A stretch of DNA of 64,000 nt from Octopus vulgaris (taxonomy: Eukaryota): NCBI GenBank assembly GCA_951406725.2, contig OX597819.1:51584001-51648000 (forward strand), read 5' to 3'. A program made the translations under genes and the position numbers. The notes under the pieces were generated by a model that saw nothing but the letters and a program-made list of their open reading frames with translations, was not told the DNA's origin and made no database searches. Position 1 is the stretch's first letter, and each line of letters starts with the position of its first letter. Shown here piece after piece: positions 52,540 through 64,000 of this stretch.

Positions 52540-53730
52540 GGCTATATTAAGGACAAGAAAGTGAAAAAGGTTACTTATCTCGGTGTGAGGAGACGAGTAA
52601 TTTGGTCTTCTTGATAGAGATAAAGTTTTCAAAGGGTGCTGTGACAAAGGAAAGTGCACTGATATCTCAGTTCCTTATTGGACAGCGAGAAACAGAAATT
52701 TCAGTGACTTTCTTATTCCCATGAAAGATCACGTGCAGGCAATACCAGTGACACATGGGCTAAGAAGATGTATGATATAAGATGATCTCCTCAGCTGCAA
52801 ATAGAGCGTACGGAAGTTTTCAAAAGTGAGGACGAAGCGAAATGTCAAGCTGTGTTTTACAACTTAAGCTCGTTCCACAATACTTAGGATAGCAGAACAA
52901 GTATTTTAGTAAAGGATATTGGCTCTTGACTCGTCGTCACCTTCCTGATGGGACATTCGCAGGTTCTAAAAGCATAGGTGTACCAAAATTTTGAGTGAGT
53001 TGAAACCTATATGGATATAAAACTCTAATGACCCCCGAAGATCATAAAGCCATGGAGGAGCTGTGTCTCTGTGTGGGTGAAGACAGAAACATTTCGAAAA
53101 AAATTGTGGTACAGAGCAAAATGAAATGAAGAATACAGGACGGAAAAGATACAATTAGGTCAAGAACTCAGGCAGTTACGCTGTAAAATATCCAGGCTTT
53201 TTTTATATCATATATCTCAAGTGATACTTCAAACGAAACAGCTCTTGAACGTTTATTCAGAGACCAAACTGGACTTAATATGCTAATAAATACAAAAGAG
53301 TTTCAAGTAACAGCTGCATGTTTCCATAACGATTTTCAAACATTGGGAAATGCATTTTCTGAACACAAATGTGTTCTTGCTCGCAAAGCTTGATCTGAAA
53401 GACTTACGAAGTTCCCCATAATTTCCGGCAACGTAAAGTCAAAATCAAGATCAACAGGTTATTGTTATCCTCATAAATGATGTAGGATTTGATGAGGTCG
53501 GAAGAGATGGTGTGGCTAAGTTACAAGGATCTCACAAAGAAGTTTGGAAATTTGAAATGTTCGAACAACAACGAACAATAGAAGAGGATGTAGAAGCATA
53601 ATCCAAAGTACATGAATTGACTGCAAAGAATGTTACTAAAAGAATGGCACTTATAGAGGAAAGTCTGCCAGTCTAAGCTGATAACGACAAATCATGCACA
53701 TAACAGGATAATTCCAAGAGGAACTCATAA
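52540..53730 (+). pseudogene. Heavily decayed Tigger/pogo-like transposase (may extend 5' to ~51250 across the Helentron-type insertion)
   Basis: ~53480-53695 reads DVGFDEVGRDGVAKLQGSHKE...EQQRTIEEDVE...ELTAKNVTKRMALIEESL...DND, like the Tigger C-terminus (GFEEV..DDV.ELL.SH.EEL...LT.K...A..LIEE.L...ND); many stops and frameshifts. Confidence 0.55.
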
Positions 53731-54148
53731 CGAGCCCAGCTCTAACACGAAGGTAAGTAGCGTCAAATGTCAAACACAGTTGCTGCAGATGGTAATATAC
53801 AGGGCAAAAGATAGTGCTTCTTTCCCTTCCAGTAATTCCCATCGCACCACCACCTACCACACAGCAGTCACTATCATTACCAGTGAGAATGTAACCTACT
53901 ACGATATTATCGCATGCTAATTTATTCCCAAATGCAGTTGCCATCAAAAGTCATTATATAAACACACACTGTTCTGTGTCAGCCTAAAAAATTAATAATG
54001 CAACGCATAAAAGTGGTTTGGGGATATTTTTTCCGAAATGATTTCTCTGGAACGCATCGCATTTTATAACACGCAGAAGAGTTTTATGGAATTTCGAATT
54101 ACGGTAGATATGAAGGAAGGAACGCATAATTCCGTAGCGCAAAGGTTA

Positions 54149-54208
<60 letters not shown>

Positions 54209-54216
54209 CATATACG

Positions 54217-54319
<103 letters not shown>

Positions 54320-54472
54320 TACACATGCACTTAACGTATATATATATATATATATATATGCCAGATGAGTAAATGTATGTATGTGTACATGTACATGTAT
54401 ACGTATACATATATTTGTATATAACTATGATATATATATATATCTACATGCATACATAGCATATATAAGTAC

Positions 54473-54528
<56 letters not shown>

Positions 54529-54706
54529 CCATGCGCACACACATATATACACACACAAACGCACAAGATTGAACAAGCGTGGAAGAACAAAAAGTCTAAA
54601 ACAAATGTAGAATAGAAGATAAAGTTAAGAAGCCTCATAAGAGCAGAATGTATTATAAAAAAAACACGTGGAGACCAAATAAAAAACATCAAGAACAATA
54701 CTACTG

Positions 54707-54862
<156 letters not shown>

Positions 54863-54996
54863 GTGGCAAAATTATATTCATAATACACATTATCATTATT
54901 GCTATTGTTACCATTATTATTATCATTATTGTTGTTGTTATTTTTATTATTGTTATTATTATTGTGGTTGTTTTGTTATTATTATTATCATCATCA

Positions 54997-55055
<59 letters not shown>

Positions 55056-55917
55056 GATGATGATATACTAACAACAAAGAAATGTCATATTTTTATCGAA
55101 AATATTTTGATGATGAGCGCCATTTTGTTTTGCTTCGTTTTTGCTTTTTTGTTTTTTACACTCGTTATTATATTCTATTTTTTTTTCTCTTGCTCTCTTC
55201 ATTTTTGTATTTCCTTCATTTTTGTTTTTATTTGCATTCTTTTGATTTCCTTTTACTTTATTGTTGTTATTCTTCTTGTAGTTCATGTCGCTGTCATTGT
55301 TCTTTGCTTTTGCTTCACTTTTGTTACATTTTTTCTTTCTTTTTCCTTCCTTATTTTTACTCTTTCTTCTTCGTCTAATTCCAGTTGCCAATCAGTTAGT
55401 TATGAAACCTTGTTAAGTATGAACCTCGCTTTCATTTTCTTTAGCTTCTGTTTTCCCTCGTTTTCTTGTTTTTTTTGTGTGTATGGAGGGAGGGGGTTAT
55501 ATTCTTTTCTGCCTTTTTCTTTCCTTTTCTATGTTGTTGTTATTTTTCTCTTCATCGCACGGAATTCATTTTTCATTTCTCTATAATTATTATACATCTC
55601 CTCATTTTGCAGCCATTCCTTCTATCTGTCTGTCTATATCGCTCGTCATCTCTCTCTCTCTCTACTCCCCGCTCTCTCTCTCTCTCTCTCTCTCTGTCAT
55701 TCTCTCTCTCTTTCTTTCTCTCCCTCTCTTTCTCTGTTTGTCTTCTATCATGTCAATGTAATTCTTTCTTCTAATCTAAATTTTAGTTCTTTTTTATTAA
55801 TGGGGTTTCTTTTGCATTTTCTTGTTTTGTGACTCTGTGTGTGTATGTGTGTGCATGTGTGTGTGTACATGTTTGTTTCTACCATCATCAGCACTGCCAC
55901 CGCCACCACCAACACAC

Positions 55918-55968
<51 letters not shown>

Positions 55969-56077
55969 TATCATCATTATCAACATCATCATCATCAGAA
56001 GCAGCAGCAGGAACAGCAACATTATAATTAACATCATCATCAGCAGCAGCACCATAATCATCATCATCATCATCATC

Positions 56078-56134
<57 letters not shown>

Positions 56135-56550
56135 GTCTTCCTCATCATCATCGTCACAGTCGTTGCTATTGCCGCCGTCGTCACCATCAACATCCTCCTC
56201 CTCTTCATTATCATCAATATTATAATCGTCGTCGTTAACGTCATCATTGTTGACATCATCATCACTCTCTTGATCATCATCACCAGTCATCATCATCAAC
56301 ATCACCATCAACCTCATCCTCAACATCATCATCGTCGTCGTCGTCGTCGTTGTCATCATAATCATTATCATCATCATCATCACTTGCCTTTTCTTTTTCG
56401 TGTTTTTTTCTTTTCATAATTCCTGTTTTTCATCTCGTAATTTGTTTTTTTTTAATATTTTTTCCTCCCTACAACCTCTCCTTTTCTCTTTCACTTGCTC
56501 TTTTCTTTCTAACCCTTTCCTAACAATCCTCTCGAACCCTCTTCCTCTGT

Positions 56551-56583
<33 letters not shown>

Positions 56584-56773
56584 ATACACATGCACAGGCA
56601 CGCACACTCTCACACATACTCCTCTCTCTCTCGATCCTTCTTTTTTCTCTCTTTCTCAGGTCCTTTCTCGAACTATGACTTCCATTGTGATTATTTCTGC
56701 CAATTTTTTCATTGACGTTCATTTGTTTCTATATATCTTTCTATCTCTTTCTATCTCTTTCTCTCTCTCCCCT

Positions 56774-56810
<37 letters not shown>

Positions 56811-56891
56811 CTATCTATCTATCTATCCATCCATCTTTCTATCTATCTATTTATTTATCTATCTATCTATCTATCTATCCATCCATCTTTC

Positions 56892-57032
<141 letters not shown>

Positions 57033-57589
57033 GTCTATCTATCTATCTGTCTATCTATCTATCTCTTTCTATCTCTCTCTCTCTCTCTCTCTCTCACTCT
57101 CTGTCTCTCTTCTCTCGCTTGCCCTTTTCATACACTTTCTATTTCAATGCATTCGCTCTCCTGTCAGTTTCATATACCACCCACAAGAACAAAAACACAC
57201 ACCGATGTATATCTTGGAAGGAAGCTAAATAAGCATCTATTCACTTATCTCTTTGTATGTATGTATGTATGTATGTATGTATGTATGTATGTATGTATGT
57301 ATGTATATATGTATGTATGTATGTAGATAGGTAGGTAGGTAGGTAGGTAGGTAGGTAGGTAGGTAGGTAGAGAGGGAGGGGGAAGAACGTGGGTTTGAAT
57401 GATTGTATCTATGTTTGTCTCTCTTTATCCCTGTAACTATCTATTTATCGGTCAGACTGTCTTACATGACGTACCAAGGAATGGAGATACTATCCAGTTG
57501 TAATGTGAGAGGTGAGAGGGTAACCTACTATTGCCAATTAACACATACTCATACACACACGTGAATATATATGTATTTATACACACACA

Positions 57590-57632
<43 letters not shown>

Positions 57633-57799
57633 GTTTGTGTCGGCTTCATGCAACTTAAACTTTCGTTGATTTGTTGAACAAATCTTTTGCGTCAAACATT
57701 TCGAGAAGTAAGACAAGTTCAAGATGCTTTCTAGATGTTAGGTGTCTATTCGTCAACTCAAATCACATGGTGTTATTGGTTTCCAAGCGACATCAATTG

Positions 57800-59095
<1,296 letters not shown>

Positions 59096-59387
59096 GGAGG
59101 CGCAATGGTTAGGACAGCGGACTCATGGTCGTAGGATCGTGGTATCGATTCCCAGACCGGGCGTTGTGAGTGTTTATTGAGCGAAACTACCTAAAGCTCT
59201 ACGAGGCTCCGGTAGCGGGTGATGGCGATCCCTGCTGTACTCTTTCGCCACAACTTTCTCTCACTCTTTCTTCTCTTGGCCTGCTCGCTTAGCCAGCGGG
59301 ATAGCGTCATTTGAAGGCTAAAACAATGCGAAGCGCATTTTGACCAGCGATGTGTAGCAACATCTGATAGCCTGGACGGTCACGTGA
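59096..59387 (+). mobile_element. tRNA-derived SINE, head C + tail 2
   Basis: ggaggcgcaatggttaggacagcggac...cgattcccagaccggg; tail shared with 24681-24792. Confidence 0.88.
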
Positions 59388-59399
59388 TATATATATATT

Positions 59400-60285
59400 T
59401 CATTTGTGAAACGTGTGTTCGAGTATTGTCATGAAGAATGATTGGCCCCTTTCTGTTGACCATTCTGGGACAGAGGAACAGCAGTTTTTCGTTCATGGCA
59501 ATGTTTCTGCACTAATGGTATTTTCCAGGTTTAAAAAAGTTATTGTTGATGAGTCCAACAGTACACCAAACATTCACCATAACATTCTTTTTGAAGAGCT
59601 CGGGTTTAGGGAAGGTTTTCGGATTTAGGGAATGTTTTTTTATTATTGTACAGAAACCATTTTTCATCGCAAGTTACAATACGGTCCACAAATGGATCGG
59701 TCTGGTTACAGAGAAGAAGAGACGAGCAAATTTCATACCTGCACTTTTTCTGATTTTCATTCAAATCGTGTGGTACCTATGTGTCGAGTTATTTTTATTT
59801 TCCGATCGCATGCAAATAGTTACAGGCAGTTTCTGGATAACTTGAAGGTTTTTGCCAGTTCTCAAGTTGTTTTACGTGGATCTTTCTGAATAACGGTCTT
59901 TAATTGACCGTCATCGATGACAGATGGGTGTCCACTACGCTCACGATCTTCACGGCTCAGGTCTCCATAGCGAAATCCTTTAAGCCATTTTCGAGCTAAC
60001 CACTTACTGCTCATTTCCTCACCAGACGTTTCGTTGATATCACGAGTAGTTTCAGCTGCTTTACGTCCTTTTTTGAATTTGAATAGCAAAATTACTCGAA
60101 TATCGAGCTTTGGGAGATGATTGTAAAATGGGTAAAAAAAAATCAATCTTAATTTATTATGCACTTGGGTAAGTCTATGTCTGTATTATTAGACAATTAC
60201 AAATAAGTGCTTTAAAAATTTCAAAACTGCAAAAATCCCGTACTAATTCTTCATGATTCAAAACGTTGCTTACTTCACACAGTCT

Positions 60286-60287
<2 letters not shown>
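59400..60287 (-). mobile_element. Mariner (Hsmar1/cecropia-like), same family as 44208-44842, decayed
   Basis: IRVILLFKFKKGRKAAETTRDINE...KWLKGFRYGDLSREDRERSGHPSVIDDGQLK; VPHDLNENQK; IVTCDEKWFLYNN; FPKPELFKKNVMVNVW. Confidence 0.92.
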
Positions 60288-60382
<95 letters not shown>

Positions 60383-60476
60383 TTCGTGTAATACAGTTAG
60401 ATAAAAATTGTATGTAGTTATGTGTGTGTGTGTAATGTATGAGAAAGAAAGCAAAAGTGAGTTAATATATATAGTT

Positions 60477-60551
<75 letters not shown>

Positions 60552-60601
60552 ACATATATATATCATAACTGATAAATTATATATATATATACATGTATGT
60601 A

Positions 60602-60632
<31 letters not shown>

Positions 60633-60728
60633 CATATATATATATATCATACATATATATATATATACATATATATATACATATATATATATCATAACTG
60701 ATAAATTATATATATATACATGTATGTA

Positions 60729-60805
<77 letters not shown>

Positions 60806-60824
60806 GTTCATATATGCATACAGG

Positions 60825-61134
60825 ACATCACCAACGGTGCAAATAACAGGAAATACGTAAACAAACGAGACAAAAACGAGTAAAACACGTAACAAGAAAA
60901 AAGGGAAAACAGGACAACAAGCACAGAGAAAGGACCCTTCATCAGTTGTCGGCTTTTTGATGCGACTCTCTACTGCATACTGTTTTCTTCTTCCATCCTT
61001 CTCTAATTCCCTTTCCTCCCCTCTCTCCTTCGCCGTTTTCTATCTGTCTCTCTCCACTCTTTCTCTTTTTCTCTCTTCCTTTCGTTGCTTACTCATGACC
61101 ATCATCCATCTTTCTTTTCCTGCACGAATGTGTG

Positions 61135-61210
<76 letters not shown>

Positions 61211-61641
61211 ATCTTTTCTCTTTTCAAAAAATTTTTCTCCCACCGTTCATTATTTTCATCTCGTTCTGGTCTAACGACCCTCCATGTTTGTTTTCGTTCG
61301 GTTTCCTGGTATGTCTCCACTGACATTTTTTCTTCCCTCCATAAATCCTAAATTTTATTTTAGAATTTATGGAATCAACTGTCTTTGAAGACTCATATTG
61401 TCGTTGAATGCTCGAGGAGTAGATAGACAACCGAAAACTGATGAAGGGCCGTTCTCTGTGTTTACTTGTCCTGTTTTCTATTTTTTCTTGTTTACGCATT
61501 TTACTCGTTTTCCCTCGTTTGTTTACGTATTTCATGTTATTTGCGCCGTTAGTGACGTCCTGTACCCATGTACGCATATGTATATATATATACTTACTTG
61601 GAAATTGATGTGTGGCGTTCAATTAAATAATAATATTAATA

Positions 61642-61686
<45 letters not shown>

Positions 61687-61877
61687 TATATGAGTACAGG
61701 ACGTCACCAACTGTAAACAACAGGAAATACGAAAACAAAGGAGTTAAATACGGGAGAGAAAATGGAAAGCAGGACGAGTAAAGACAGAGAACGACCCTTG
61801 CTCGAAATAAGGAGTAGATACAAAGCCAACAACTGATGAAGGGTCGTTTTCTGTGTTTCCTTGTCCTGTTTTCCATT
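60825..61877. mobile_element. Alternating-orientation fragments of a family-E-related element (60825-60955, 61380-61590, 61690-61877)
   Basis: Shared tacaggacgtcaccaac...aacaggac...gacccttcatcagttg; 61761-61877 folds back on itself. Confidence 0.7.
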
Positions 61878-61881
61878 AGAC

Positions 61882-61956
<75 letters not shown>

Positions 61957-63003
61957 CTGGCCGTAACTTCGAAGTCACTCTCCATACTATTCTTGTTAAA
62001 GAATATTAAATTTGTACTCTATGATATGTATTGAGCAAAACTATTTAACGTTTATATTATAGCATAAAAACAAACACTAACATAGAAAGATAGATAGATA
62101 TATACATACATACATACACGCACAAACATACGTATACTTATATAAATATATGGATACATAACACATAGATATGCATACACGCTGAACACACACTCACACA
62201 CACTCCGAAACACACACATACAAATATATCTATATGTATGCAAACATAAATTTTATACATGCATAATCACACAAATGTATTTACAAAACAAACACAAGCA
62301 CATTTTTTTATGTAAATGCTTGGTTCTAATAATCCTCTATTCTTACACATACACACACACCGCCAGCACCACATTCCCACTCGTTGTCTTTCTCTCATCC
62401 TCTCACGCAATCATTCCATCACTCATATGATATACCACCACCATCTGTCTCCTCACTCTCCCTATTTCAATCCGCTTCCTGTTGTTTTTTTTTGTTATTC
62501 TTTTATTCTTTTTCTGTTAATTTTTTCTTTCTTCAATCCTTCAAATTTCTTCTCCTGTACTTAGGCTTCTCAGTTTCCTCATTTTCTCCTTCTATCGTTC
62601 TATAATTTTGTCCTTTTTTTTCTTCATTCTCATCATTCTGTTATTCACTGTTCCCCACATATTTTCGTGCGCGCATACACACACATACACGTGCTCCCAC
62701 ACACATACCAAGTACAATAGAAATTAAACACTATTGAAAAGAATTAGTGATTAACGAAACGGAAGGCAAGTGAGGGTGAGATGAAAGCTTGAGAGGATAT
62801 CAATGGAAGAAGAGGACGCGTTGTCAGTACTAGCTTCCTCTAGCTTCTCACTCTCTCTGTTTATTTCTACCCCTCTCTCACTCCTCCCTTTCTTCCCCCT
62901 CCCTCTCTCTCTTTCTCCCTAGATATATATATTTATGATGTCTTGTATTTATGGGTGCGCATGCATGCGTGTATGTTCATACGCGTGTGTATACTTTGGT
63001 GAG

Positions 63004-63221
63004 TACCAGGGGGCGCTGAAAAGTTCCTGACTTTAAGGGTATCGTGAAAGGCCAGGCTGGAGGCCCAACCTTCCAATTTCTTTTACAAGGCTTAGAAAAA
63101 ACTGAAGGACCGCTGCAATAAGTGTGTGAATCTGAGAGGGGAATATGTTGAATAAAATCATTAACTGATTTTATGTATTTTATTTTAATTATGGCCAGGA
63201 ACTTCTCGGCATCCTTTTGTA
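63004..63221 (+). mobile_element. Mariner-derived MITE
   Basis: TA-ccagggggcgctgaaaagttcctg ... caggaacttctcggcatccttttg-TA imperfect TIRs; encodes LQGLEKLKDRCNKCVNLRGEYVE*. Confidence 0.85.
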
Positions 63222-63328
63222 TATATGTACGAGTATGTATGTATTTGAATGCGCATGCGTGTGTTTAGTACTAATCGTTATTTCATACTGGCATCCAGCT
63301 ATTTTAACTCAGCATTACAGATACGTGT

Positions 63329-63835
63329 GGAGGCGCGTAGCTTAGTGGTTAGGATGTCAACATCATGATTGTAAGATTTTGGTTTCGATTCCTGGACCGG
63401 GCGACGCGTTGTGTTCTTGAGCAAAACACTTCATTTCACGTTGCTCCAGTCCACTCAGTTGGCAAAAATGAGTAACGCTGCGATGCACTGGCGTCCCGTC
63501 CAGCTGGGAAACACATACGCCGTAGAAACCGGGAAACCGGGCCCATGAGCCTGGTTAGGCTTTAAAAGGGCGTATTCGTTTTAGTGGAGGCGCGTGGCTT
63601 AGAGGTTAGGGTGTCAGCATCATGATCGTAAGATTGTGGTTTCGACTGCTGGACCGGGCGACGCGTTGTGTTCTTGAGCAAAACACTTCACTTCACGTTA
63701 CTTCCAGTCCACTCAGCTGGCAAAAATGAGTAACGCTGCGATGCACTGGCGTCCCGTCCAGCTGGAGAACGCATACGCTACAGAAACCGGGAAACCGGGC
63801 GCATGAGCCTAGCTAGGCTTGAAAAGGGCGCATTT
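63329..63835 (+). mobile_element. Two tandem SINEs, head D + tail 1 (63329-63575, 63585-63835)
   Basis: Both closely match 16492-16742. Confidence 0.93.
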
Positions 63836-64000
63836 ATTTTATATTTTTAATGTGTTAAAAAAAAAGAAATTAGAGATACGTCACATCTCTTGTCTTTTTT
63901 AACATTCTACAGAAACTTATAAAAACAGTCACAACCTACATTTTCTATACTCTGAATTCAACTGAAATGATAAAAATACTAATGGTTCTAACACTGATTC

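Noticed and set aside
55068-55391. Lys/Asn-rich basic ORF
   Set aside because: Reverse complement of a T-rich low-complexity tract
60520-60745. ~129-bp duplicated tcataactgataaatt block
   Set aside because: Slippage duplication inside a (TA)n field; could also be an assembly artefact
61789-61850. Apparent type II hammerhead (acgaccctt..GAAA..CTGATGA..agggtcgt)
   Set aside because: The closing stem is simply the fold-back junction; stems I and III do not pair

Overview
AT-rich eukaryotic DNA saturated with (TA)n/(CA)n/(TAGA)n/(CAT)n microsatellites and interspersed repeats. The repeat landscape resembles an Octopus/coleoid cephalopod genome (inference from recalled SINE families, not a database hit). 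Almost all ORFs in the supplied track are microsatellite or SINE artefacts. Supported content: about 35 copies of four tRNA-derived SINE head types, a 5'-truncated CR1/L2-group LINE RT fragment, a possible L1/Tx1-like 3' end, a decayed Penelope-like element (PLE) RT/GIY-YIG fragment, mariner and Tigger/pogo remnants, a hAT MITE with TSD, a non-autonomous Helitron and a Helentron-type element. Main highlight: short (TA)n-embedded non-coding elements, many forming fold-back inverted repeats and several carrying hammerhead ribozyme (HHR) motifs. These include a well-formed type I HHR pair with a long stem II at 27.6/28.4 kb and a recurrent non-canonical CUGU(G/A/U)GA core variant. Also seen: SINE/LINE 3'-tail sharing, combinatorial SINE head/tail shuffling and a tentative multi-exon minus-strand transcript (19.7-35.3 kb). 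All coordinates were read by eye, so repeat boundaries are approximate.
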